Positions 29,635-39,804 of a DNA stretch of 64,000 nt are shown here, one piece after another. Position 1 is the stretch's first letter, and each line of letters starts with the position of its first letter. The notes beneath the pieces are model-generated. The model was given only the letters and a program-made list of their open reading frames with translations, had not been told where the DNA came from and ran no database searches. Both the position numbers and the translations under genes were made by a program. Source of the stretch: Candidatus Omnitrophota bacterium (GTDB taxonomy: Bacteria; Omnitrophota; Gorgyraeia; B26-G9); NCBI GenBank assembly GCA_043826565.1, contig JBDRPX010000015.1, forward strand, positions 67,317 through 131,316, in the 5' to 3' direction.

Positions 29635-31519
29635 GAGTTTACTTTTAACCGCGATTTTTTGTTTCGCGGCAGTTTCGGTTTTTGCCGCGGAGCCGGAGGT
29701 ATCTTTTTCCGTAAACCAGAGAGAAATATTGCTCGGAGACAGCTTTGTCTTATCTATTACCGTGAAAAATGTCTCCAATCCTCAAACTCCGGAATTACCG
29801 GAGATACCCGGGTTTGATACGCATTTTCAGGGAACCCGGCGCCAGGGATTTTCCAGTTATACGGTTATTATTAACGGCAAAGTCCAACAGCAGAATTCCG
29901 GCGGCGGTTATGACTTTGCTTTTGAATTAACACCGAGAAATACCGGCACATTTACCATTCCGTCGTTTACCGTTACTGCCGGAGGAAAGAGTTTTGCCAG
30001 TAATCCGTTTGAGGTAAGAGTATTCGCGCAAACGGAAAAAAGTGATGATGTTTTTATTGAAGTAAGCGCGGATAAAAACAAGGTCTATCTGGGGGAAAAA
30101 ATTGTCCTGACATTTAAGTGGTATTATAATAAAAATATTCAGGATTACCGGATCAATGTTCCCTGGCTGGACGGTTTGAAAAATTTTCTTATTGCTGATC
30201 CGGAATTCGATCAGAATCTTCGCTATGAAAGAATTGTGGTTAACGGGGATCAGCAGGTGATCGTTACCAAAGGCCGGGAGTTTTATGAAGGCCAGCCGTA
30301 TACAATAATGACTTTTCAGAAAATACTCACCCCCATATCCGTGGGTACATACAGCCTGGAACCGTCTTTTATTAAATGCGATGTGGTTACCGGATATCAG
30401 CAGCGTTCGGGAAAAGGCACCTTGTTTGAAGATCTTTTTGACGCGGACATGGATAATTTTTTCAGTTTCGGCAGGAAAGCGGTTACGCAGCCGCTGGCCG
30501 CGCGGTCTGCTCCCATTGCCATCCAAGTAAGCGAGGTTCCGGAACTAAACCGGCCGGCTAATTATAATGACGCGGTCGGAGAGTTTGATTTTAAAGTTAA
30601 TGTTAATCCCATTAATTTAAAGGCCGGAGACCCGATCACCCTAACCATGAAAGTTTCCGGAACCGGTAATATCGAGCAGTTAACTCTTCCGGAAATCCCG
30701 GACCTGGAAAACTTTAAAAGCTATGAACCGGAAAGCCGGGTAAATGTAGCGCCCAAGGGCGGTGAAGTTTTCGGCGAAAAAATATTCGAGAAAGTACTGG
30801 TGCCGAAAAGAGAAGGCAGTTATACCATTCCGGCAATTGCCTTTACTTTTTTTCATCCCCGTCAGATGAATTATAAGACGATCACGCAGGGGCCGTTTGT
30901 GGTGCAGGTAGCTAAGGGAGAAAAAGAGCGGGAAGTGCAGGTGGTCGCGCTCACTCCGGAAAGTTTTGTACAGGAGAATAAGCAGGAGTTAAAGATCTTA
31001 AAGAAAGACATCCGCTATATTAAAACCACCTTAGGTAAAGTTGTAAAAAACAGACAGCAAATATATGAAAACCCTTTAATCTGGGTATTGCTTTATCTTG
31101 TGCCCGGATTTATCCTGGGAATAATGGTTTTTTGGCAGAAACAAAGAGATAGATTGCAAACTGATACGGGATTCGCGCGTAAACACCGGGCCATGCAAAA
31201 TACAAAAAAATTATTTACAGATGCCGATGCCGCGCTTAAAGCCAAAGAGGTTAAGCGTTTTTACGACGCGCTTTCCCGTTTGCTTAACGGATATCTCGCG
31301 GATAAACTCAATCTTCCTTTAGGAAGCATGAACGCGGAGATCATCCCGGAGCTTAAGAAAAGCGGTTTGATCGAGAAGCACGTTCAGCAATTAACTGAGC
31401 TTTATCAGACCTTTGAAATGGTTTTGTTTTCTTCGGTTAAAATAGAATTCGATAAGATGAAACAGGATTATGCGCAGGTAAAGGCGATCATCGGAATTTT
31501 GGAGAAGATATTAAGATGA
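29615..31519 (+). CDS. batD: BatD family protein
   Basis: Signal peptide, VYLGEKI, AVGEF, GDPITL...GTGNI, DIRYIK, C-terminal TM. Confidence 0.88.
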   Translation: MWKRTGKSLLLTAIFCFAAVSVFAAEPEVSFSVNQREILLGDSFVLSITVKNVSNPQTPELPEIPGFDTHFQGTRRQGFSSYTVIINGKVQQQNSGGGYDFAFELTPRNTGTFTIPSFTVTAGGKSFASNPFEVRVFAQTEKSDDVFIEVSADKNKVYLGEKIVLTFKWYYNKNIQDYRINVPWLDGLKNFLIADPEFDQNLRYERIVVNGDQQVIVTKGREFYEGQPYTIMTFQKILTPISVGTYSLEPSFIKCDVVTGYQQRSGKGTLFEDLFDADMDNFFSFGRKAVTQPLAARSAPIAIQVSEVPELNRPANYNDAVGEFDFKVNVNPINLKAGDPITLTMKVSGTGNIEQLTLPEIPDLENFKSYEPESRVNVAPKGGEVFGEKIFEKVLVPKREGSYTIPAIAFTFFHPRQMNYKTITQGPFVVQVAKGEKEREVQVVALTPESFVQENKQELKILKKDIRYIKTTLGKVVKNRQQIYENPLIWVLLYLVPGFILGIMVFWQKQRDRLQTDTGFARKHRAMQNTKKLFTDADAALKAKEVKRFYDALSRLLNGYLADKLNLPLGSMNAEIIPELKKSGLIEKHVQQLTELYQTFEMVLFSSVKIEFDKMKQDYAQVKAIIGILEKILR

Positions 31520-32268
31520 AAAAATTTATTCTGACATTTTTAATATTAAGCTGTTTTTGCGTAAACGCGTTCGCGGTTTCTGTTGATGAATTGTTTTTTG
31601 AGGCAAACAAGCAATATGCCGACGGTAATTACGCCAAAGCAATTATCCTATATAAAAGTATCCTTTCTCAGGGCACCCAAAGCGGAAATCTTTATTATAA
31701 TCTGGGCAATACCTATTTTAAATTAGGGGATCGGGGGAAAGCGGTTTTAAATTATGAGCGGGCAAAAAGGATAATCTCTCACGATGAAGATCTATTCGCC
31801 AATGATTTGTTTGCCCGGTCTTTGCTGGATATTCAACAGCCCAAAGATGTGTCGCTTTGGTATGAAAAAGCTTATATTGCCATAAGGGATGTTTTTTCCG
31901 CTAAAGTCTGGTTTGTTTTCGCGGCAGTTGTGTTTTTATTGCTCTGTATTATTATCGGTATTTCTATATTTTATGCTCCGTTTCGCAAAAACGCGCAGAA
32001 ACTGAGTGTTTGTTTGGGGCTGCTCTGGATCGGATGTTTTGGGTTTTTTATCCAGCAAAACCAGCTGCAGGTCAAGCAGTTATGGGGAATTGTTATTGTG
32101 CCCAAGGCGGAGGTGCGTTACAGCCCGTCCTATTCCGGAGCGGTGGCTTTTGAGCTGACCGAAGGCATGCGTGCCCAGGTACTTAGAAAAGACGGGGACT
32201 GGAAGCAGATACGTTTAAACCGCACCACCAGCGGCTGGATCGAAGCCGAAGCTGTTGAGGAAATATAA
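31516..32268 (+). CDS. batE: TPR/SH3 protein BatE
   Basis: ANKQY, YYNLGNTY, NYERA, two TM, SH3-like W.QIRL...GWI. Confidence 0.87.
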   Translation: MKKFILTFLILSCFCVNAFAVSVDELFFEANKQYADGNYAKAIILYKSILSQGTQSGNLYYNLGNTYFKLGDRGKAVLNYERAKRIISHDEDLFANDLFARSLLDIQQPKDVSLWYEKAYIAIRDVFSAKVWFVFAAVVFLLLCIIIGISIFYAPFRKNAQKLSVCLGLLWIGCFGFFIQQNQLQVKQLWGIVIVPKAEVRYSPSYSGAVAFELTEGMRAQVLRKDGDWKQIRLNRTTSGWIEAEAVEEI

Positions 32269-32411
32269 TATCATATCATAGTCATCAAATATACTACCTC
32301 CCGATATTCCATTGCCAATTATGTTTTATTTCTGATATACTATTGTTAAAATTAAAACAAAGATATTAATTGTTATATGAGAAAAATAATGAAATATGAT
32401 ATAATTTCCCC

Positions 32412-33851
32412 ATGCCACAAATTGATACAGAATTAATATCAAAGTTATTAAATGCTAAAGAATCGCAACTTTTTGAATGCAAGCAAATCAAAAAGAAGCC
32501 TAGTGAAGTATTGCCTACAATCTGTGCCTTCGCAAATACTGATGGGGGGATATTCATTTATGGCCTAGGTGACCCCGGGAAAATACCTCAAAAAGAAAGA
32601 ATTGTTGGGACATCGGAACACCCCGATAATGTAGGGGAACTACTTAAACTAATAGCAAGCGAATTTGAGCCACCCATACCAAACATAAAAACATTCTATT
32701 TAGATGTGATCAACTGTAAAGGAGAAAATGATCAAGTTCTTATGATCTCTGTTGATCCGTCAAGGGATGTTCATTCAATACGCACAGGAAAAACTTTCAT
32801 AAGAAGAGGCACTAGGAATGACCTTTTAACGCATAAGCAATCGTTACAATTGCAATACGAAAAAGGCACGATAACCTTTGAGTCAGAAATATGCAAAGAT
32901 ATTTCTCCCGATGAGTTTGATCAAGCAATGTTCAAGGGGTTTCTTGAATATAATGATAGCAAAGAAAAAGATATATTAAAATTTTTATCGAAAAATGGGT
33001 TGGCGAGAAGAAAGGATGATAAATTTTACCTTACGAATGCAGCAATATTGCTTTTTGGAGAAAATCCTTCTGTTCTTTTAAAGAGAAAAGTTGGAATTAA
33101 AATAATCCATTACTTGGGAATAAGACGAGTAGCTTCAGGAAACCCTAATTTCGTTCGTCCACCATTTACAATAGAGGGCCCGGCATTAATATTGATCAAA
33201 AAGACCTTTAAATATATCAGCGAAAACGCAGCACCTGTTCAATTAAAAGGTGCAACTTTTCAAAGACTAAAAATTCCCCTCTATGTTATACAAGAAGCTA
33301 TAACAAATGCTATCATACATAGAGATTATAGCATTCAAAATGACATACAAATCAGAATTTTTGATGACCGCATAGAAATTGAAAGCCCAGGATGGTTTCC
33401 AGGCTTAGTCACTCCAGAATCTATTTTGCAAGAAAGATTTGCTCGCAATCCAATGATTGAACGAACTCTTAGAAAAATGCCGGAACCCCCCAACCTTGAT
33501 ATTGGAGAAGGCGTGAAACGTATGTTTGCCGAAATGAAGAAAAAAGATTTATATGCTCCTGTTTATCTACCGAAAGAATACTCTCCTCATAGTGTTTCAC
33601 TTATATTGTTCAATGAAGAACGTACTACCTTTTGGGATATGGTCTCAAATTATTTAGAGCAAAATGGAACCATACGTAACGAGCAATTCCGTCATATTTC
33701 TGGATTGGGACGATCTGAAGCATCTGAAATGTTAAAAAAATGGGTTAGCAAAGGACTCTTAGAAAAAAAAGGCACTAGCAGAAAAAGTACATTTTATCAA
33801 AAACCCGGATTCAAACCCAAAAAAGAGAGTTTATTAGAGAATGTCTCCTAA
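32412..33851 (+). CDS. AlbA_2 (Schlafen-like) + HATPase_c_4 (RecG C-terminal-like) + wHTH protein
   Basis: ESQLFECK, ICAFANTDGG, EAITNAIIHRDY, FDDRIEIESPG, RNP, GEG. Confidence 0.85.
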   Translation: MPQIDTELISKLLNAKESQLFECKQIKKKPSEVLPTICAFANTDGGIFIYGLGDPGKIPQKERIVGTSEHPDNVGELLKLIASEFEPPIPNIKTFYLDVINCKGENDQVLMISVDPSRDVHSIRTGKTFIRRGTRNDLLTHKQSLQLQYEKGTITFESEICKDISPDEFDQAMFKGFLEYNDSKEKDILKFLSKNGLARRKDDKFYLTNAAILLFGENPSVLLKRKVGIKIIHYLGIRRVASGNPNFVRPPFTIEGPALILIKKTFKYISENAAPVQLKGATFQRLKIPLYVIQEAITNAIIHRDYSIQNDIQIRIFDDRIEIESPGWFPGLVTPESILQERFARNPMIERTLRKMPEPPNLDIGEGVKRMFAEMKKKDLYAPVYLPKEYSPHSVSLILFNEERTTFWDMVSNYLEQNGTIRNEQFRHISGLGRSEASEMLKKWVSKGLLEKKGTSRKSTFYQKPGFKPKKESLLENVS

Positions 33852-34010
33852 TAAATATCCACGAAACAAAAATATTGATGTAACACATTCGTATTGTTTG
33901 ACTTACTGGTTGAGATGTTTTATTTTTATTAGAATTGACATCTAGTTAGCTGGTGGACGCGCGCAAATGGAGTTTACCCAGTAGGTGTTTATGGGTGGTA
34001 TGTACAATTA

Positions 34011-34679
34011 ATGAAAGAATATAAAACCAGAAAATTAAACCGATTGAAAGAATATGATTATTCGCAAGCAGGATATTATTATGTAACGATATGCGTCTAT
34101 GTTCGTGAATGCCTGTTTGGAAATATAATTAATAATAATATGGAATTGAACAATGCCGGCGAAATGATGGGTAAAATATTGCAAAAATTGCCGGAATATT
34201 ATCCAAACATAGACATTGATCAACAGATTGTAATGCCAAATCATATTCATGCGATAATTATAATCAAAGAACCTGTAGGGGACGACCTCTGTGTCGTCCC
34301 GGGACAAAATCAAAAACATGATCAAACAATAAACCAAAATGATTTAACAGCCGAAGGACAGGTGTATGGTAACGGACAGACACAAGATAAAGGGCGGATA
34401 CGGAGATCCGCCCCTACAGGACGTTTATCATTGTCAAATATAATTCAACGATTTAAAATGATAACAACAAAACGTTATATTGATGGCGTAAAAAATTATC
34501 ATTGGCAAACATTTGATAAACATTTATGGCAACGTTCATTTTATGACCATATAATCCGCACAAATGATTCTTTAAACAATATGCGCGAATATATTGTTAA
34601 TAATCCCTCAACATGGGATAATGATGAACATAATATTAATAATTTTTTTATAGAGGACAATTATTGTAAAATAATATAA
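34011..34679 (+). mobile_element. REP-associated tyrosine transposase (RAYT, Y1 HUH)
   Basis: RL.EYDYSQAGYYYVTIC, VMPNHIH, WQRSFYDHIIR, EYIVNNP with catalytic Tyr present. Confidence 0.93.
34272..34420. repeat. Inverted REP pair (REPIN-like) in frame inside the RAYT gene
   Basis: CCTGTAGGGGACGACCTCTGTGTCGTCCC ... GGGCGGATACGGAGATCCGCCCCTACAGG. Confidence 0.85.
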
Positions 34680-34682
34680 ACC

Positions 34683-35150
34683 ATGAAATTTGAAATAAAT
34701 CAAATCGGCATAATTCATTCACCCTACAAAACCAAAGATGAATGCCCGATCCAGGGTTCAGTTAAGCCCGAAGGAAGAGGGCAAATTGAAATATTCCCGG
34801 AATACGAACCAGCCTTAGAAACAATCGAAACATTTTCGCATATTATCCTGTTTTACATTTTTGACCAGGCCGGAGAAATAAAATTATCCCGGCCGACATT
34901 CTTAGATGATGTTCCCCACGGAGTATTCGCTTCCCGTCATCCCTGCCGGCCGAATAGTATCGGCATGTCTATTGTCAAATTAGAAAAAAGAAATAAAAAT
35001 ATTCTGGAAGTAAGCGAAATAGATGTTTTGGATAATACTCCGCTTATTGATATAAAACCGTATCTGCCTAAATTTGATCATCGGGAAAATGCCAATAACG
35101 GCTGGGCCGAAACAAAAGAATTACGCGAAAAACCAAAGGGCCGGGAATGA
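34683..35150 (+). CDS. trmO: tRNA m6t6A37 methyltransferase TrmO/TsaA family
   Basis: IGIIHSPYK, FSHI, GVFASRHP.RPNSIGMS, DVLDNTPLIDIKPY. Confidence 0.9.
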   Translation: MKFEINQIGIIHSPYKTKDECPIQGSVKPEGRGQIEIFPEYEPALETIETFSHIILFYIFDQAGEIKLSRPTFLDDVPHGVFASRHPCRPNSIGMSIVKLEKRNKNILEVSEIDVLDNTPLIDIKPYLPKFDHRENANNGWAETKELREKPKGRE

Positions 35151-35190
35151 AGGCCTACAACAAATGTTATGAGAGGAATAGAAAAAAACA

Positions 35191-35493
35191 ATGAAAAAAA
35201 ACTGCTGGGAATTCAAGAAATGCGGAAGAGAACCGGGAGGAGAAAATGCCGGTAAGCTGGGGGTTTGTCCGGCGGCTGTTTGCCTGAAAGCAAATAAAAT
35301 TCATAACGGGAAAAATGGGGGCAGATGCTGTTGGTCAATAGTGGGAACACTCTGCGGAGGGAAAATTCAAGGCACGTTTGTGAAAAAATACCAAAGCTGC
35401 ATGGAATGCGTTTTTTTTGCATTAGTTACTCAGGAAGAAGATGATATATTAACAAGTTTAGAAATAAATAAAAAAATTAAAAACACAGAATAA
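35191..35493 (+). CDS. Cys-rich two-CW domain protein
   Basis: NCWEFKKCGREPGG..CPA..GGRCCW..GTLC..C..C. Confidence 0.8.
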   Translation: MKKNCWEFKKCGREPGGENAGKLGVCPAAVCLKANKIHNGKNGGRCCWSIVGTLCGGKIQGTFVKKYQSCMECVFFALVTQEEDDILTSLEINKKIKNTE

Positions 35494-35514
35494 AGATTCA
35501 GAAAGGAGCGGAGT

Positions 35515-35904
35515 ATGTTAAAAAAGACAAATGTTTTAATGCCAAGCATTGCGGTATTGATTGTGCTGTGCTGCTGTGTGGCCGGCTGCGGGAAAAGAGT
35601 TATGCTCGGAGGCGGCGGGTATAATCATAATTTCGCGCGTTACGGCGAATATAATCTGGTAAGTAAAAACAGTGATCTGTACATGGACAGAGTTAACGGC
35701 AAAGACAGCCGGAGGCTGACCTTTTCTCCGAAAGTCAAAGAAGATTTCGCGTTTGTCCTCGGTAATACAGGGTATGTAGTATATTCGGTGATTGAAGATA
35801 TCAGCAAACCAAAAAAATATTATATCCAAAATATGGATACAAGTTATAAAACCAGGAAAAAGATCACGGAACAGGAATTTAATAAATATTTGCGGGAACG
35901 TTAA
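35515..35904 (+). CDS. Putative lipoprotein (TolB-like fragment)
   Basis: Lipobox VAGC; DLY..RVNG..RRLT; GGAG RBS. Confidence 0.65.
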   Translation: MLKKTNVLMPSIAVLIVLCCCVAGCGKRVMLGGGGYNHNFARYGEYNLVSKNSDLYMDRVNGKDSRRLTFSPKVKEDFAFVLGNTGYVVYSVIEDISKPKKYYIQNMDTSYKTRKKITEQEFNKYLRER

Positions 35905-35924
35905 ACAAGGGGACGGATGTTTGT

Positions 35925-36809
35925 ATGGAAGGCGTAGTCAGTATTACCAGCCCGCAATATCCGGATTTGCTTAAAACTATTCCTGATCCGCCGAAAAAAC
36001 TTTATTATAAAGGGAATTGGGATGAGAGTATTTTTTCCCAATGCCTGGGAGTTGTCGGCGCCCGGCGAATGACAAGTTACGGCAAACAAATAACTGATTT
36101 ACTGGTTTGCGAATTAGCCGCGGCCGGCATAACCATTGTGTCCGGATTTATGTACGGCATTGACGCAACCGCGCATCAGGCCGCGCTTGATGGCGGAGGC
36201 CGGACCATTGCCTGCATGCCCTGCGGGATCAATGTTATTCATCCGGCATATCAGAAAAATTTATATCAGGATATCTTAAAAAATAACGGATTGATTATTT
36301 CCGAATATGAAGGTGATTTTCCGCCGGCGCTGTGGACTTATCCCCGCAGAAATAGAATTGTCGCGGGATTATCTGTTGCGACAATGGTGGTGGAAGCCGG
36401 AGAAAAAAGCGGATCATTAATAACCGCTAAATTAGCGCGCAAATATAACCGGAAACTTTTTGCGGTTCCGGGAATGCTGACCAGCGCTGTTTCCCAGGGA
36501 ACCCTGTGTTTGATCAAAGAGGGCGCGGAAGCCGTATCCTCGGCTAACGATGTTTTAAGTTATTACGGACGGGAAACATCAGGAACAAAAGAAGCAGATT
36601 CTTTGTGGGGTAATTTAAGCCCAATGCAGAAACGTATCTTAACCGAACTTAAGCGTGAGCCTATGGGGATAGATATTCTGTCCTATGCCCTGAAGATGAC
36701 AATCGCGGAATTAGGGACAGAACTTTCCCTGATGCAGCTGCAAGGTTTAATTGTGGAAGAAGCAGGTAAATATTGTCCTAATAATGAGAGGCGGATAAAT
36801 GTTAGTTAA
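35925..36809 (+). CDS. dprA: DNA-processing protein DprA
   Basis: YP.LLK.IPDPP..LY, VVGAR, IVSG..GIDA.AH, RRNRIVAG, VEAGEKSGSLITA. Confidence 0.96.
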   Translation: MEGVVSITSPQYPDLLKTIPDPPKKLYYKGNWDESIFSQCLGVVGARRMTSYGKQITDLLVCELAAAGITIVSGFMYGIDATAHQAALDGGGRTIACMPCGINVIHPAYQKNLYQDILKNNGLIISEYEGDFPPALWTYPRRNRIVAGLSVATMVVEAGEKSGSLITAKLARKYNRKLFAVPGMLTSAVSQGTLCLIKEGAEAVSSANDVLSYYGRETSGTKEADSLWGNLSPMQKRILTELKREPMGIDILSYALKMTIAELGTELSLMQLQGLIVEEAGKYCPNNERRINVS

Positions 36810-38325
36810 AGTTTGTTCAGTATCAAGTTCCGGACTTAAAACAATCGGGATCGATGTCGAAGTTAATATTGCCTCGCGCGGCTTACCCACACTTGAGATC
36901 GTGGGATTGCCGAGTAAGGCGGTGGCGGAAAGTAAAGAGCGGGTAAAAACAGCGATAATAAATTCTCAGCTGGAATTTCCGCAGCGTAAGATCATTATTA
37001 ATCTGGCTCCGGCAGATGTTCCTAAAGAAGGCTCTTGTTATGATCTGCCGATTGCCATGGGAATTTTAAGTTCGGAGCTGGGTTTTGACCTGCCGGAAAA
37101 AAGCCTTTTTTTCGGAGAGCTTTCTCTGGACGGTACTTTGCGGCACACAAAAGGAGCTTTGCTTTTGGCCTTATTTGCCAAAGAAAAAAATTTTAAAAAT
37201 ATCTTTGTGCCGAAAGCGTCGGCAAATGAAGCGGCAATTGTTAGAGGAGTAAATGTTTATCCGGTAGAAAATTTAAATCAGCTGATCGATCATTGCTTAG
37301 TCCAAACAGAAATAATCCCGGCTGAATATAGAGAATCCTCTGCGGATGAAATTTTCGTGGAATTTAATATGGCGGAAGTCTTAGGGCAGGAGCAGGCGAA
37401 AAGAGCTTTGGAAATCTCCGCGGCCGGAGGCCATAATTTTCTCATGGTCGGCAGTCCGGGAGCGGGAAAGACAATGCTGGCGCGGGCTTTGCCGGGAATA
37501 TTGCCGCCTTTATCGGAAAAAGAATCTTTAGAGGTAACCAAGATTTTTTCCATATCCGGGATGATCCCGCCGGAAGGTTCTTTAGTCAAGATCCGGCCGT
37601 TCCGCGCGCCGCATCATACGGTTTCCCAGATCGGCCTTACCGGAGGAGGAACAAAACCTCAGCCCGGAGAAATAAGCCTGGCGCACCGGGGTGTATTGTT
37701 TCTGGATGAGTTTAATGAATTTCCCCGGAGTGTGCTGGAAGCTTTGCGTCAGCCCATGGAAGACGGCAGTCTGACGATTTCCCGCAGCCGTCAGCGCGTA
37801 AAATATCCGGCGCAGTTTATTCTGGCAGCTTCGGCAAATCCCTGTCCCTGCGGATATTTAAATCATCCGAAAAGGGCTTGTAATTGTACCCCCAGAGAAA
37901 TAGAAAAATACCGCAACCGGGTTTCCGGACCGATCCTCGACCGCATTGATTTGCATATTGAAGTGCCGGTAGTGGATTTGGAACAACTGGCGCAGTTTGT
38001 TCCGCCGAAAAAAGCGCAGGCAACCTCTGCTCAGATCCGGCAGAGGGTTATCCGTGCCCGGGAAATCCAGCAGAAGCGTTTTAGCGAAGAGGGAATTCAC
38101 ACAAACGCGGAAATGAAAAACCGGCATATTACAAAATATTGCGCTTTATCCAAACCGGTAAAACAATTACTGGTTCAAGCCGGGAAAAAATTTCATCTTT
38201 CCGCCCGCGCTTATTATAAAATGATAAAAGTCGCCCGGACCATTGCTGATTTAGAAGGTACTTTAGAAATCACGATCGCGCATATGGCGGAAGCTTTGCA
38301 ATACCGCCTGAGAATTAAGGCCTGA
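36799..38325 (+). CDS. comM: ComM / YifB Mg-chelatase-like helicase
   Basis: INLAPADVPKEG, GSPGAGKTMLA, PFRAPHHT, LFLDEF, SGPILDRIDL. Confidence 0.95.
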   Translation: MLVKVCSVSSSGLKTIGIDVEVNIASRGLPTLEIVGLPSKAVAESKERVKTAIINSQLEFPQRKIIINLAPADVPKEGSCYDLPIAMGILSSELGFDLPEKSLFFGELSLDGTLRHTKGALLLALFAKEKNFKNIFVPKASANEAAIVRGVNVYPVENLNQLIDHCLVQTEIIPAEYRESSADEIFVEFNMAEVLGQEQAKRALEISAAGGHNFLMVGSPGAGKTMLARALPGILPPLSEKESLEVTKIFSISGMIPPEGSLVKIRPFRAPHHTVSQIGLTGGGTKPQPGEISLAHRGVLFLDEFNEFPRSVLEALRQPMEDGSLTISRSRQRVKYPAQFILAASANPCPCGYLNHPKRACNCTPREIEKYRNRVSGPILDRIDLHIEVPVVDLEQLAQFVPPKKAQATSAQIRQRVIRAREIQQKRFSEEGIHTNAEMKNRHITKYCALSKPVKQLLVQAGKKFHLSARAYYKMIKVARTIADLEGTLEITIAHMAEALQYRLRIKA

Positions 38326-38330
38326 TCCGG

Positions 38331-38690
38331 ATGAAAGACAATAATTTAACAGTCGGCCGGCGCGGAGAAAGTATCGCCCGGGAATATTTAGAAGCTAAAG
38401 GATATATTATCCTGGAACATAATTTCCGCAATAAGTATTCTGAGATCGATTTGATCGCGAAGCAAAAAGATATTTTAGTTTTTATCGAGGTAAGAACTAA
38501 GACCAGCGAGCGGTTCGGTACTCCGGAAGAATCCATCAATAAAAATAAAATTAAACGGCTTATCCGCAGTGCCCAGGCGTATACCGCGTATAAAAGATAT
38601 CAAGATCAATCCCGGATCGACGCGGTGTGTGTTGTGCTGGGAGAGGATGGCCACCCCGAGCGCATTAATCATTATGAATCGATCACATAA
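38331..38690 (+). CDS. yraN: YraN family nuclease
   Basis: G..GE.IA..YL..KGY, EIDLIA, VFIEVRT, RIDAV. Confidence 0.95.
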   Translation: MKDNNLTVGRRGESIAREYLEAKGYIILEHNFRNKYSEIDLIAKQKDILVFIEVRTKTSERFGTPEESINKNKIKRLIRSAQAYTAYKRYQDQSRIDAVCVVLGEDGHPERINHYESIT

Positions 38691-38729
38691 CTCTCCAAAC
38701 AGAAATCAGCCGATACCGTGATTAAATGT

Positions 38730-38758
38730 TTGAACCTGTCGGCATCTTTTAGTATAAT
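38730..38758 (+). promoter_or_regulatory. Putative sigma70 promoter of the exeA-secretin unit
   Basis: TTGAAC-17 bp-TATAAT. Confidence 0.6.
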
Positions 38759-38804
38759 ATAGAATAACCAGACATGTATACATAAAGGAAAGATTTTTTC
38801 AAGG

Positions 38805-39626
38805 ATGAGCTACTATACCGTACTAGGACTAGATAAAGAACCTTTTTCTTCCAGCCCGGACCCGGGATTCTTTTATGAATCTCCGGAGCACCATGCCGCG
38901 CTTATACGTTTAATGATTGGTATCCGCTTAAAACGGGGCTTGAGCTTAATGCTGGGTGACGTGGGTACCGGAAAAACTACATTATCCCGAAAACTTTTTC
39001 GAATATTAAAACAGCGCGAAGACATTGAATTTCATATGATCCTTGACCCTACCGATGACACGGAAGAACTTTTTTTAGATTCACTGGTCCGGACTTTTAA
39101 GATCACAATATCGGTAGAGAATCCTTCGGTCCTTGATTTCAAGGAAGCTTTAAAAAATTATTTATTTCGCGTGGGAGTGGAAGAAAAAAAAACCGTAGTC
39201 CTGCTTATTGATGAAGCGCAAAAACTTAATAGTATCTCTCTGGAAATTCTCCGCGTGCTTTTAAATTATGAGACCAATGAATATAAGCTTTTGCAATTGA
39301 TCGTCATGGGACAGCTGGAACTGCTGCCGCGGGTCCGGGAGATGAAAAATCTCTGGGACCGGATCAGTTTAAAATATGTATTAAATCCGCTTGATGAGCA
39401 GGAAACAAAAGAAATGATCGAATTTCGGCTGCAGCAGGCCGGGTATACAACCGGCCCCAGCTTTTTTACCGAGGAGGCGGTTGCGGAGATATATAATTAT
39501 ACTCAAGGTTATCCCCGCAGGATCGCGATGATTTGCCATAATTCGCTTCAGGAATTGGTGATGAAGAGTAAGCCGGTGGTGGATGCGAATATTATCCGGG
39601 AATTAATTGCCAGGGAAGTAACGTAA
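38805..39626 (+). CDS. ExeA/GspA-family AAA ATPase
   Basis: GL.KEPFS.SPDP.F, GDVGTGKTT, LLIDEAQ, GQLEL, GYPRRI. Confidence 0.92.
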   Translation: MSYYTVLGLDKEPFSSSPDPGFFYESPEHHAALIRLMIGIRLKRGLSLMLGDVGTGKTTLSRKLFRILKQREDIEFHMILDPTDDTEELFLDSLVRTFKITISVENPSVLDFKEALKNYLFRVGVEEKKTVVLLIDEAQKLNSISLEILRVLLNYETNEYKLLQLIVMGQLELLPRVREMKNLWDRISLKYVLNPLDEQETKEMIEFRLQQAGYTTGPSFFTEEAVAEIYNYTQGYPRRIAMICHNSLQELVMKSKPVVDANIIRELIAREVT

Positions 39627-39804
39627 CTAGTTCGTAGCTCATAGCTGATGGCTCATGGGAAAGACAGAAACTGGAAATCAATAATTAAAAAGTAAAAAGC
39701 AAAAGATCAAGAATGCACATTTAAAAATAGGAATATTTATTTATTGTGGTGTATGGCTTATAACTTATAACCTGTAACCTGTAACTTATTATGTAGGATT
39801 AATT

